Shown: in pieces, positions 1 through 13,500 of the stretch
Layout of the letters: every line of letters begins with the position of its first letter
How positions within the stretch are numbered: the stretch's first letter is position 1
IMG/VR virus record: IMGVR_UViG_3300035670_000127
Coordinates: 1 to 64,000 of that record
Length of the DNA stretch: 64,000 nt
DNA from: a virus
Direction: 5' to 3' (one strand)
Translations under genes and position numbers: made by a program
Notes under the pieces: generated by a model
The model's database searches: none
What the model saw: the letters and a program-made list of their open reading frames with translations, nothing else
What the model was told of the DNA's origin: nothing

Positions 1-1
1 A

Positions 2-1387
2 CCCGTCCCCTATTTGAACCCCACTTAGGTCGGGTGTCCCAGAAAAGGTAAAATCTACTGAGCTCCCTGACACGAAAGTAATAGCCGTGCAAGTGAGGTT
101 CATTAGGTAGCTATCTATAATACTCTCCATTTGTTCCCCGTCAACTGCATTAAGGCATGATGTCTTCACGGCGTTATCAGATACCGTTATCGTTCTAAAT
201 TCATTGTCTAGCCAGCCGACACGAGTCCTATCCGAAGCGTTGGCATTGGTCACACTGCCAGCGAGCCGGTCGGCTTCCTGTACCGTGTAATTTTTTTCAT
301 ACCCCAAGCGATAACGCCAGTAAGGAGGCGGGAGGGCTTTGATTTGGAGAGTATCCCGCACCCGCTTGTAATCGTAAATCACATCGGACGGGTTAGCAGG
401 GGAGGCTACTCTAACCACGGTAAATTTACCGTCAAAGTTGAAAAAATAGGCACAGCCTAGACCTTCAAAAATCTTATCCAAAACGTCTAGGATATTCTCC
501 CTTTGAGTCAGGTATAAACCAATGGGGTATGAGGGTAGGTTATTAAGTGAGGTTGCATTAATATCGTTGCTAGTTAAGCCTCCCCACACGGTTAAGATGT
601 GATTAACCAGTAAGCTAGGGGTGTTTAGAAACACGCCGCTATATTTCATACCTTGCACATCCATTGTAATCGTGCCAACGGGGCTGTTTACTAATGTAAT
701 CGTGCCGTTCACCAAATCCGTTGTGTATCCACTCGTTGGGGTTAAGGTGACGCCGTTATCATACACGTCGGCCACGGATTGCACTGCCCCGTCATTAAAC
801 TTGTAGGTCAAGGCATTTTCCACTGTTAGGATAGGTTCAATATTTCTAAGGTAGCCGAAGGCTAACGGGGTCGGCTCATTCTTTTTGGGCCCGGACGTCA
901 ATACATTGGAATTGAGAGCTTTGTCTAACAATCCGATTTTATCACGAATCGTTATGGAAAAAGTATAGAAATCTGAAAACTCCACATTTTCAATCGTGCC
1001 TATCAAAAACGGCTGTAAATTGAAGTCGGTATATGGCCATGAGGGGTCGCCTATCAAAATCTTAATTTCACGGCCTGCGAAGCTATAATTTATCCAATCA
1101 TCTAATGAACCGTCGGTGTTGTCAATATTTAAAGTACCGTAGGAGCTGTCGCCACGGGGTGAATCTAAGAAACCAATCTCTCTAGTAAACTCTAAACCCG
1201 CGTTTAATAGCTTAGGTAGGAATATCGCGTTAGCCGGGTTATCCGTCGGCTCAGTCGCATAATTTCTGTTAGAGATATAGAAGGTATTCTCTACTGAATT
1301 AGCTAAGGAATAGCCTTTTAAAATAAGCAATACGCAACGGTTTTTATCGTAAGAGGATAACCATGTCTGGTATTGGAGTAAGGTCAT
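2..1387 (-). CDS. Phage tail/baseplate-hub-like protein, 5' part (runs off the left edge of the window)
   Basis: Not in the ORF track. The first ~120 codons, translated by hand from ATG at 1387, read MTLLQYQTWLSSYDKNRCVLLILKGYS...SYGTLNIDNTDGSLDDW...; the rest is assumed open to the edge. It lies directly downstream of the tape measure gene. Confidence 0.7.
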   Translation of the reverse strand, partial: MTLLQYQTWLSSYDKNRCVLLILKGYSLANSVENTFYISNRNYATEPTDNPANAIFLPKLLNAGLEFTREIGFLDSPRGDSSYGTLNIDNTDGSLDDWINYSFAGREIKILIGDPSWPYTDFNLQPFLIGTIENVEFSDFYTFSITIRDKIGLLDKALNSNVLTSGPKKNEPTPLAFGYLRNIEPILTVENALTYKFNDGAVQSVADVYDNGVTLTPTSGYTTDLVNGTITLVNSPVGTITMDVQGMKYSGVFLNTPSLLVNHILTVWGGLTSNDINATSLNNLPSYPIGLYLTQRENILDVLDKIFEGLGCAYFFNFDGKFTVVRVASPANPSDVIYDYKRVRDTLQIKALPPPYWRYRLGYEKNYTVQEADRLAGSVTNANASDRTRVGWLDNEFRTITVSDNAVKTSCLNAVDGEQMESIIDSYLMNLTCTAITFVSGSSVDFTFSGTPDLSGVQIGDG

Positions 1388-1453
1388 ATTTTAGTACCTT
1401 TTTGGATAAGGGGTTTGGTAATTGAGTGGTTAGATATTGAGATACTATCTCTA

Positions 1454-1516
1454 ACTCACCTTACGCAAGGGGCTGTGAGAAACTTAGTTTCTATGGTGCC
1501 GTTGCGTAAGGTGAGT
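1454..1516. other. Long hairpin between the TMP stop and the next tail gene
   Basis: ACTCACCTTACGCAA (1454-1468) and TTGCGTAAGGTGAGT (1502-1516) form a 15-bp perfect inverted repeat around an inner AGAAAC-TTA-GTTTCT stem. Confidence 0.6.
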
Positions 1517-1527
1517 CTCTACAAAAA

Positions 1528-4500
1528 TCACTTACGGATAAGAGTAGGTTGCTGTCCTTTTTTGAGGGCGGCGACGACGGGGGCGGCTACCGTATTGCCC
1601 ATATTATTAACGGCATTTGCAATCATTGAGTCACGGCGTTCTCCACTTTGGTTGCCCATCTTTAACTCAGTCAGTAAAGCGGTCAAAAGCTCTTCAATAC
1701 GCTTGCTATTGCCAGTTTGCCCACTCTCGTTCGCCTGCGCCCGTATCCCATATTTTCTAAGATAACCGGCCGCTTCTGGGTCAATAATAATTTCTCCTTT
1801 GTGGACATTTGCGGGCATGTCTTTCGCCACATAAGGAGTGCCAACATCAAAGCTAGGCACGTCACTACTCGACCCTTCTTTACCCTTTTGTTCGTCCTCC
1901 GTCTCGGTAGCCGGTAAAGCGGCCTGTGTGACAGAAATTGAGATTCCATTGATAGCCTCTACCAATTCGTTATGGAATGCCAAATCTCTCTCGGTGGTGA
2001 AATTCCATTCGTATTGGTGTAAATCACTTAAAGATTTTTGATATTTCCCAGCCTCATAATGCCACATTAACGCGGTGGTTAAATCCTCATTTCTCCACAT
2101 TAACCTGACGGCATCTTGCATAGCCACTGCGGCCAAATCCTCCCCACGCCATGCTAATTCTTCAGCTCGCCATGTCGCCCAGCGTTGCCCTTCGGTCTCA
2201 ATTACAAAATCCCTGCTTTTTACATCTTCGTCTCGCCACTTGAGAGTCTGTTCCGTCGCCTCTTTTCTCAATTTTTCATTGGATTTAAGGTCGTCATCAC
2301 GTTGCACTTTAGTCAGGTCTTTCCATTGGATAAAGAGGTTATCTAATTTGATTATAATGTCCTTTGCCCCGCTAGATGACACACTGCCACCGATGCTGAC
2401 AGGACTACTGCCAATCCCCGCTTTAACGGCGGTGTTAGCAACATTTGAAATGCCAGTCGCCGTGCTAGTCAAAGCCGCCGGAGTTGCCTGCGACTGGGGT
2501 AGCTGTGCAAGATAATCTTGAATGCTAGTTGCCTTCATAGTCCCCACATTGGCACTGGTAAAGCCTGCTATATCCACTTTAGGGATGGTCGAGAGAGTGG
2601 ATTTAGTAGTGGCTAATTTACCATTCAGTCCATCCAAATCGGCCTTTAAGTCAGTCACCCCCATGAGGCTCTTTTTGAGTCCTTCTAGGGTCTCTTTAGC
2701 TTTTAGGAAGCTATCGTAGGTGTCTATCTTGACGTCGATCCCTTTGGCGTCAATCATTAACTGAGTCGACCTCTTATCCATAGCGGTGTATAATTCAGAC
2801 TCAGTACGTCCCTTATTAACAGTGGCCGACCCCATTTGCGATAACCCAGTCGAGAGTCCAGTAATGGCTAAATTCAACTCGCGGTACTTAGCAAGGTCTA
2901 TAGCTTTTGCATCATCTTGTTTAGCCTGGAACGCGGCGAGAAACTCCTTATTCGTTTGCAGATAGTTGGCTTTAAAGTTAGGCCAAAAACTATCCCAGTC
3001 AGTGTCTTTTCTATCCACTAGGAGTCTCTCCATAGCAGTGCCCAGCCCACCCATATCATCTCCCTTGAATCCGTAATCCGACTGTAGCATCTTTTTGATG
3101 CCTTCATTGTCTATACTACCACTGTAATCATAATCCCCATTAGTACCTCTTTTTTGAGTAGAGTATTTCGCCAGCTTATCAAAAATTTCATCAAAGGAGG
3201 CGTTGATATTATTCTTAGTGGCAAACCCACGAAAATCTGCAAACGCGGCAACGGCATTATCAATCGCCGTCTGATTATTAGCAAACCCCTTCTCCTTGGT
3301 GGCAATCTCTGCCTTAACCTTCTCCCCTTTAACCGCACCGATAAGCTCCCGCAACGGCCCCGTGATATTCCGTTGCATAGCCTCGTCAAGGCGTTGCGCG
3401 ACCTCCAATTGCTTTTCAGGGGATAACTGGGTCATCAATGCCGATATATTGCTATTAAGACTATCCTTAATCCCCATATCCATAGCCACTAAATAGTTCC
3501 CTAATTGAATCAATTGCCCCAGGGACGCTTGTTGCACGGCACTGATTTCAACTGCAAAAGCCGTGTCATCAAAGGTCTTAGCCGCTTCGGCCTCAAAGGC
3601 GACCTTCATAGCAACCAAGGAGGTATCTAATTTTTGTAACTCGTCCCTAGCGGCCTCTCGCAGGCCATTAATCTGCTTATCCGAATTTTCCCTGTCAGCC
3701 TGTATCTGCTTATCGGCATCCGTCTTAGTTTGTTCAATTAACTTATCCGTGTCAGTTTTTTGAGACTCAATGAGCTTAGTAAAATGCTCTTTTTGAGATT
3801 CCTGCATGGCAGTAAATTGTTCGTCTGGGATAGGAGTCGCGGCGGGGTTGGCTAGTTGACCAGTTAAGTCCCTATCCATAACTCCTAAGATAGAGTCCAC
3901 CGCTTGCAATTTATCATAAGCCGCTTGTTGCAAGGGTAGGAGGTTAGCCACGGCCTTACCTGTTTCTGTTTCGTCAATAGGCACGACCTTGGCAATCTCA
4001 GCCGCTTGCTTTTCAGCTTCGCTTCGCATCCCCTCTACATTTTCATTCACGTCATCAAAAATTTTGGCGTAGTCATCTGAACTGGCATAATAAGATTGTG
4101 CCTCTTTCAAGTAAGCCTGCGCTTTACCGGACACCTCACCCATAGCCGTCTCATCACCGCCCTTGGCTAAACGCATAGTTTCTTCATACTGGCGTCTCGC
4201 TTCCTCTAATCGTTTCGCAGGGTTAAAGGTGGACAGCTCTCCTAACTTCAAGTCATCTAAAAAGCCCTTGAGTTGCTTGGAAAAATCAATTAGCTTTTTG
4301 TAGTGGTCACGTTGCGTTTGCTGAGTCTTTTGTACCTCCTCAAAACGTTTATTCTCCGCCTCTATTTGTTCATTGAGTGACTCCAAAACGAGAGACTTAT
4401 ACTCCTCCAACTTCTTAACGCTCGCCTCGGTGACGGGCATGTTTTGAGAGATACTATCTTGAATAGCGGCTAACTTTTCAGCGGTGGAGGTGCCCGCTAA

Positions 4501-7500
4501 AGACATGTCCTTAGCTAACTTCTCAATATCGGTTGCGAGTGAGTCTTTGAAAGATGCGACGGCATCTTGAATCTTTTCAATTTCTTCACGTAGTTTTTTC
4601 GCGGCATCTTGTTGCTTCTCCGCGGTCTTTTGCTTCTCCTCACTTTCTTTTTCCAAAGCCTTGATAGCCTCGTCGCGGGTCTTTTCAATTGATTCTACTT
4701 GCTTATCGCGTGCCTCCTCTATTTTCTTTTGGGTTGCCTCATGGGCTTTGTTAATCCCATCAATCTCTTGTTCAAGCGCGGCCAGAATCGCCTTACGATA
4801 TTCCTCTCCTAATTTAACCGCCTGCTTCCCGTCTTCTATAGACAGGCGACTGGCCTCCTGTGCCGCTTTAATAGATTGCACTGCGGCCTCTCCTGACACA
4901 GCCAAAGCCGCACTGTTTTTCTGAAGGTCGGCCACCGTCAATCCTGCGTCCCTAATCGCCTCTGCGTCTAACTCGACGGGCTTACTTAATTGCAAGGGTT
5001 GGGTAATGGATTGGGTACTTTGCAAACTGACAGCGCTGGCTTGTGCAAACTCGCCTCTCGCTTTATCTCGCAATGCCACCTTAGAGGAGGTCTGATTAAG
5101 GTCGGTATTTATCTTGTCTATATCGTCCCCAATGGCGGACAACGTGCCTCCAAGGCTATCCACTAGCTTATTAAACTCACCTATGATTTCCTCATGGGCT
5201 TTTTGAGTCGCTTCCTTTTCTTTATTGATAGCCTCGATTTTGTACTTAGACTCATCCATAACCAGTTTGCGATATTTACCCAAATCCTCCACCGCTTTTT
5301 CAATAGCCTTTGGACTCTCCTTAGTCACCTCCTTAGCTAGGTCAAAGGATTGCAAGTCATTTAAACTCGCTTGCAAGGTCTTCATTTGGGCGGCGCGGCG
5401 ATTGGCTTGCAACGATTCAGATTGGGTATCAAAGGACTGAATATCAGACACGAGGTTATCAGACAGACTGGTCATCTTATCTGCCAACTTATTGAACACG
5501 TCAAAAAACTTATCAATCTGTTTCATCACCTCGGCCTCGGCGGCCTCGGCTTTCTTTTTAGCCTCTTCTGCGGCCTTCTCAGCCTCCTGTTTAGCTTTTT
5601 CCGCGGCCTCCTCTGCCAATTTAGCAGTTTCTTCTTCGTTGGATTTGACAGCACTGATATATCCTTTCGTGCTATTGATAAACTCATCCACCGTCACCCC
5701 AGCGGATTTAGCCATCGATTCCAGTCGACCTGTATCCATATTAGCAAGGGCATTGGCCATCGATTTAGAATCGCGGCCTAAAGAGGTGATAGCACCCGTA
5801 AGTGAGGGGTAGTCCTTTGCGGTTTTCTGAATAGTATAATCGGCGTCCTTTAATGAACTCCCCATTCTATCCATTTCGTCTTTGAAACCGTTTAAGGAAT
5901 CCGTGATGGCCTTAGCTTCGTCGCCCATTTGCTTCAGTGCGCCCACATAGCTATTCACGTCCCCTATGAACTCGTCTGTACTCACTCCCAAACCCTTAGC
6001 CATTTCAACTACCTTGTCAGGTGCCATTGAGGCAAACTGCCCGGCCACCTCCTCTGCGGTTTTGCCACTCAAGCCTAAAGACGAAATTAATCCGGGATAC
6101 TTGCTAGTCACCTCACTGATAGCAAACTGAGAGTCAGTCATACCACTGGTCATCTTTTTAAATTCGTTTTGCATCCCTTTGACGCTATTGATGGCACTCT
6201 TAGTTTCTTCCTCTTGAGAGGCAAGGGTATTGATATAGGTCGTGGCATTTTCCAAAAACTGGTCGGTGGTCATTTTACTGGCCGCGGCCATATCTGCCAG
6301 TTGCTTATCATCTAATTTAGCCAACTGAGTCGCCGCGTCTTTAGAGTTGCCACCGAGGGCTTGCATATTGGTGATTAATCCAGGGAACTGAGTCGTGAGC
6401 TTACTCATAACCAGCTCGTTTGCTGACATCACCCCTCCCAGTTTAGACATTTCGTCTCTAAAAGAGGTCATTTTCTCCGCTTGCGCCTTCGTCTCCTCTG
6501 CCTGTGCATTCAACACCCCGATATAGCTATCCACATCGGCCATTAAGGTTTCGACACTCACATTCAAAGACTTGGCCATGTCAGCAATTTGCTGTTCATT
6601 CATAGAATCGAATTGCTTACCCACCTCCTGGGCCGTCACCCCGACCTTAGATAACGAATCGGCTAAACTAGGGTACTTACTCTTGAGTTTATCCATAGTG
6701 GCTTCATTATCCGTCATACCTGTTGCCAACTGGTGCATTCTATCTTTAAACGACCCTATCTGCCCTTGCAATTCCTTAACAGCCCCTAAGTAAGCCAATG
6801 TCGCCTCCTTAGCTTCGTCGGCGGCGATACCGTTGCCGGTTGCCCATTGCGCCACCTCCTCATCGGTCATACTCTTAATTGCGGTGGCCGCTTCAGTGAC
6901 ATTCACGCCCATGGCATTCGTTGCAAGGTTAAGGGCAGGGTACTTATTAGCTAAGTCAGTAATTGTCTTTTCGGCCCCAGTGAGAGGGTTAATTAAATCA
7001 TCTAATCCTGTGCGTAGGCTTGCGAAAATATCAGTGGTAGGCAACGTGCTAACAAAAGACTGAATATCGGCCTTTAAGACATCCGTGGTGACTCCTAAAG
7101 AAGCGGCCAGTGCGTCTAAGTCGGCGTCACTCATATTGGCAAACTGGGTTGCCGCTTGCTGTGCTGTTTGACCAGAATTGAGAATTTGCTGTGACAGGGA
7201 GGGGTACTTATCGGCCAGTCCATTGAGAGTCACCTCATTATCAGTCATTCCCTGACCCAGTTTTAGCATAGCAGAATGAAACGAGTTGAAAGACTCCTCA
7301 TTGGCGGCCATGGTATTAACCCACGTCGTGCTATCCGTGCGCAATTCGTCAGTGGTCTTATTCAGTGATTTAGCCAGTGACTCAAATTCAGTGTCGCTTA
7401 AACTACTAAAGTAGGTCGCGGCATCTTTAGCTGACATAGAGGAGCTGTTAATGGTGCTCGCTAGGGTTGGGTAAGAGGCTGTTAGGTTTTTCAAAGCAAT

Positions 7501-10500
7501 ATCGTTATCCCCATACGTCCCCGTCGCCTTTAACATCGTTTCGGTATAACTAACCATTGCCTCCCGATTGGATTTGACCGCTTCATCATTGGCGGCCATG
7601 GCACCGACCCACGCTTGAGAGTCAGCTAAAAATTCGGCGCGTTTTTCGCCATAGATACCCAGTTGATCCATCAATGCCTCCATATCCATAGTTGCGAACT
7701 GAGTAGCGGCCTCCTTAGCCGTCATAGAGGAATCATTGATAGCAGACGATAGCATGGGATATTTAGCCGTGAGTCCTTCCATTGTCACTTGAGAGTCGTT
7801 GGCAACCCCTGCGGTTTTACGCATTTCATTTTGGAAGTCAGCAATCGATTTAGTGCTCTCCTTTAACGCCTCGTCCTGACTCTTAACCACTCCTAGCCAT
7901 GTAGAGGCGTCGGCCTTGAGAGTGTCAAAGTCAGTCCCCAAAGAAGCGGCGAGAGCCTTCAATTCGTCATCTGATAAACTATTAAACCGTTCCGCGGCCT
8001 CCTTAGCAGTGAGAGAGGAATCGTTAATGATACCTGACAGGGCTGGGTACTTGTCACTCAGGTTTTTGAGTGACACTTCATTTTCAGTCATTGACCCACT
8101 CATAATCGCCAGGCTATCTCTAAATTCCCTCATACTGGCCGCTTGTGCCTTAGCTTCTTCCGCTTGTGTTTTAGTCGCCTCCTCTATTGATTGGGTGGAA
8201 CTCACAAGCGTTTCAGCATCGGCCTTAAACTGGTCAGTGGTGACTCCAAAACGCACGGCGGCGCTGGCAATGTCGGCATCCGACATAGTTGAAAAATAGG
8301 TTGCTAATTCTTTAGATGACTTACCTTGAACCTCACTAAAGCCGCTATAAGTGCCGGCTAGTTTTTCTATACTAACCTGTGCATCCGTCGTCCCACTAGC
8401 AATCTGTGACATCTTGGTCCTAAATTCAATAAACCCTTGTGCTAAATTCTTAGTATCCTCCTCTATCGTTTTGGTGCTATTCACCCACGATTCAGTATCG
8501 GCCTCGAATTTTTCCACTGACACGCCATACTGGTTAGCCAATTGTTCAATTTGAGTGTTATCCATTGCACTGAAAAATTTAGCCATTCCTTTTGCATCCA
8601 TCCCTTGAGTCAAGTCGGTCAAATAGGGGCTCTTTTGAGACAGGTTTTTGACGTTTAGACTGGCGTCGGATTCACCTGTAGCCATTTGACCCATCTTGTC
8701 ACGCCATGAATCCATCCCTTGCTGTAACTCATTCACCGCCCCAAAGTAAGCCGTGGTCTTTTCTTTTAGCTGGTCGGTAGTGAGACCGTATTGTTCTGCA
8801 AATGCAACAAGCTGGTCGTCAGGCATGGCTAACATAGCTTTAGCCGCTTCCTTAGTATCCAAAGTCATAGCTTTAGCCGCAAGTCCTAAGCCGGCAAATT
8901 CTGAATCCAATTGGTTAATCGTTTGTTGCTTCCCTACCTTCTCCGGCGCGGCAAACTCTTGTAGAGAGTCACGGAAAGATTTCATAGCCTCTTCTTGCGC
9001 CTTCAAAGCCCCGACGTATGCTTCACCGTCTGCTAATAACTGTTCGACAGTCACACCTAAAGAAGCGGCGAGGCTCTCTAGTTGACCATCATTCATAGTT
9101 GATAACTGGGTAGCTAATTCCTTAGAGGTGACACTTTGGTCTGCAAACAATGCAGTGAGGGACGGATAAGACTCTTTCATTCTATCCAAAGTCAGTTGAT
9201 ATTCGGTGGTCGTCCCAGCCGTCACAGCCATCTTATTTCTAAACTCACCCATGGCTTTTTCGGATTGTTTCATCATATCCACTAATCCTAAAAAGTCACC
9301 CGTCACCTTAGAAACCTCCTGCCCCGTCGCAGTGGCTATGGCTTGCAATTCTTCAATACTCATATTTTGGAATGAAGCCATTAATTCCTTAGAGGAGTCA
9401 GCATTTAGATACTGCGCGGCACTGGTCTGCCCATAGACTTGATTCAACTCATACATGACCTTAGCATTGCCCTCTAATCCAAGGCTCATCATCTTAACGC
9501 CCGACCTAAAGTCATCTAAGTTTTTAGCCGCGGCCTTCGCTGCTTCTTGTGCCTCTTTCTTAGCAGCCGCTTCTTGTTCTCTCGCTTCTTCTTTAGCCCG
9601 TTTTTCCTCTTCTTTCGCTTGCTTCTCGGCCTCCCTTGCTTCCTCTTTCGCTTGCTTTTCAGCTTCTTTCGCACTGGCCTTATCTGATTCCTCTGCTTCC
9701 TTCGCGGCTTCAGAAGCGGTCTTTTCATTACGTGCTTGGAATATATACGGTGCGGCTGGTGATTGGTTAATGGTGTTGTATGCAGTCTCCCCAACGGTTG
9801 AGAATGTCTGTCCTATTTGGTCAAGTGCTCCGCTACTTTTCAGTTCACTCATTACCTGACCCATAACCTGTATCTTTTGCTTTGCATCTGCCACAATAGC
9901 GGCCAGGGCATCGGCGGCGAGTAAGCCACCTGTAGAAACAGCCGCCCCCGCCACCGTCCCGCCTGTTGCAACGTTAGTGGCCGACATCGTCCCGCTTTCA
10001 ATTAGGTTAGTGGCCGCGACGGTACTGCCAGTTGTCAGGTTACTTGTTGAAACGAGACTAGCGTCGGCTAAATTCGTTCCTGCGAGAGCGCCGGCGTCGG
10101 CTAGGTTAGTGCCAGCCATGGCGCCTCCTTCCGTGATATTCATAGCGGCTTGTGCTGAAGAGGATAGAAACGGCTCCACCACCCCTTGATAAATCGTTTG
10201 CATCACGCCGTTTAGCACCGTGCTAATCATTTGGTTATAGAATTGACTGGTGAAGTTGTCAGCAAACATTTTCCCAGCTTCCGCCGCCGACCCGACGTTG
10301 GCATCTGTGAGTACCTTCATTAAATCACCACCCAATGACTCCCCATTGATATTACTAAACATGTTGCTTTGTTCTTGTAGAATACCAATGTAGGTCTGGG
10401 TGTCGGCCATTAACGTCTCGACTGTTACCCCTAGCGCGTCGGCCATCCCCTGTAACTCCTCTGGACTCATTTGGTCAAAGAAGCCGGCCACTTGAGTGGC

Positions 10501-13500
10501 AGTCATTCCCGCGTTTTCAAGAGATTCAGATAGCTGTGGGTACTTGTCTTTTAGCTTAGTCAGTGCCGCTTCATTATCCGTTGCACCTGTTGCTAACTTG
10601 TGCATTTCGTCCTTAAACGAACCAATATTGGTTTGCAATTCAGAGGAGGCGTTTAAGTAATCCGTGGTCTTTTGGGTGATGTCTTCTATCGAAAGACCCG
10701 TCAACCCCATACTTTCTGCCCATGCCATCAGCTCCCCTTCAGACATGGTTGCCAATTGCCGTGCCGCTTCTTTAGTATTGAGTGTCAAAGCGGACGTACC
10801 TAGATTCAGATTAGGGAACTCCTTAGCTAAATCACGAATGGTCTTTTCTGCCCCGCCAGTGGAATCATAGATGCCTCTCATTGAGTCTCTAAATTTATCC
10901 ACTTGTTCAGAATTGGCATACAATTCGTCAAGGGCAGGGGCGAGTTTTAGAATAGAGTCATGTAGATTACGTTGCGACTCATTGGTCAAATCGAACCCTT
11001 GAACCAAATCAAACAGTCCCTTACGGGTCTTAGGTACCTCTAACCCCAAGCTCTTAAACGAGTTGCCAATCGACTGATTGAGGTCGGTGGCCTTCTTAGC
11101 TTGCTGTTTAAGGGAGGTGCCGGACGTGCCTCCAAATTTTTGATTGAAGTCCTCTATGGCTTTGTAGTAATTAGCAAACTGTGGGGCGCCTTTAAGGAGG
11201 GCACTGAAAGTCGCTTCACCATCTTTACCCAATTCAGAAACAGATTGAGTGAGTTTAAAAAACTCCTCACGGGTCTGTGGGAAGGCGGTATTGATGCCAG
11301 GCAACGTTTGTGACTGAATCTCTTTTAAGGAGGTGTTTAACCCAGTGAGACTGTTACTGAATTCGAGGTTAGTGCCTGACACTGAAGCGAAGTTATCCTT
11401 AAAGAAGCCAAGGGAAGCACTGAATTTATCCATGTCTCCAAAACCCTTAACAAGGTCTTCAGAAAAGACCCCCATGTTAAGACCAGTCTGTTTAAAGACT
11501 TCCTTCGTCTCCATCATTTTACCAATGAATGCCGTAAGCTCCTGTTCCGTTCCCTCGAAGCTACTTACCATAGATTTAAGTGTTTTGTAGAAACCCGCTT
11601 CGCCTTTATCTTTGATGATAGTTTCTCCGGTGACTTCCTCCCCGCTGGCAAGTTTAACGGCATCTTGAATACGGGTTGCGAACACCTCTGCTAACTCGCC
11701 ACTGATAGACTCAGGTAGGGCGATTCCAGTCAGGTCGGTGAAAATTTTACCTATCTCGCCCGTCAAGGTACCTTGCAATTCGTCAATAGGCATCCCCTTC
11801 ATTTGTTCGGCGGAGGCATTTACAAATTCAGTGAGACGTTCCCCTAATTTAGCAGACACGTCATCTTGCAACCCGCCCTTGACCGCGGTGTCGGCACTGG
11901 CAACGAATTTGGTTAAAACTCCGTCCCACGTCTCAGCCCGTGCGGCTTCACTAAAGGTACCATCTAAAACTTGTTTAAAGGTATTCTTAAACCCGCCTCC
12001 TAAATTCGTCTCGATGTCCTCGCCTGCAACCATGATATTATCGACGGCTGACTTGACCATCATCACACGCATCTTTTCAAAAGCCTTATCAAACCATTCG
12101 GGGCCTTTATTTTCCATAGCGGCGATGTGATAGCGGAAGTTATCCATTTTTCCTAAGAGACCGTTTTTATCCATTCCTAATGACTCACTCACGGCCTCAA
12201 TAGATTTTTTCGTTTCCCCTAGCATGTCACTAAGTTTTTTGACGCTGGCATCATCTAGGGATTCATGTCCCATTTTAGAACCGCCTAGCCATCCCTTCTT
12301 GGTTTCTTTAAAGCCTTTGCCAAAAGAGGCTGACATGCCCTTCATAGAAACCTCTACCCATTCGGCCTCACGTACCCATTTAGCACCGATACCGGATAAG
12401 GACACTAACTTGCCTGCTATCATTCCTCCAATCGGACCGAGTGGAGTCATAGACCCTAACAACTGGGCTGCCCCAGCGGCGGCGCCGGCCATGTCACCTG
12501 AGAGTAAAGAAGTGGCGGCTGACAGAGCCGACATACCTGGCGTCGAACCGCCTCCTAATAAAGAACTGATTCCTTTTCCAACCTCTCCAAATGAACCCGT
12601 GAGACTACCTAACTGACCGGACAAGCCACTGATAAATTTGCCAGCCTCCTCGGTGCCACCCATGAGTCCGCCTAAACTCTTAGTTAATGTGCCCGCTAGG
12701 TCGCCTTTGCCTCCTAATAAAGAGCCTATAGAAGACATGAGTCCACCACCTTCTTTACCCCCACCTCCAAATAAACTACCGATGCCTTTGGTGATAGATG
12801 ACATAAAACCGCCACCCTCACCTCCGCCACTGAATAAACTGCCAATGCCTTTGGTGATGGTACTCATGAAACCACCGCCTTCTTTACCGCCTCCAAATAA
12901 ACTGCCAATCCCACTGGTTATGGAAGATAGGAAACCTTCGCTTTTGCCACCAGCCCCTCCAAAGAGGTTACCAATACTACTCGCCATGTTTCCAAAAAAG
13001 CCCTTAACGCCATCCGTGATGCCCTTAAACATATCCATAATGCCACCGCTTTTTCCTTCGCAGGCGTCCTTTGCTACGTCCGTTGCTTCTTTTAGGTCGG
13101 CGGCCTTTTCAATAACGGGGTTGTTAGTGGCTTCGGCTAAACATTGTCCGGCGGCTTGTGACAACCCCTCCTTCGCTTGGTCTGCTATGTCGGCCACCTG
13201 TTTAGTGGCATCGCCCGTGGTTTGTACAATAGCCTCCCCTGCGGTTTGGGTACTGCCTGCGTGGGTTGTCATAGCCACGGTATCTTGAGTGATACTGGCA
13301 ACCCGCGACGCCTCGACTGCGGCCATAGCTTGGTCAAAGGAAGCGGCTGTAGAAACTTTAGTTGCACCCAAGGTAGCCTCCACCGCGGCCAGTTCCTGCT
13401 GGGCGGTGGCTTGGGCTTTGGATGCGTCGGCGGAAGCATTGGCGGCGGCTAAAACAGTTTGCGCATGTTTTTCAGAGGATTGCTTTTGAAGGTCGGTGGC

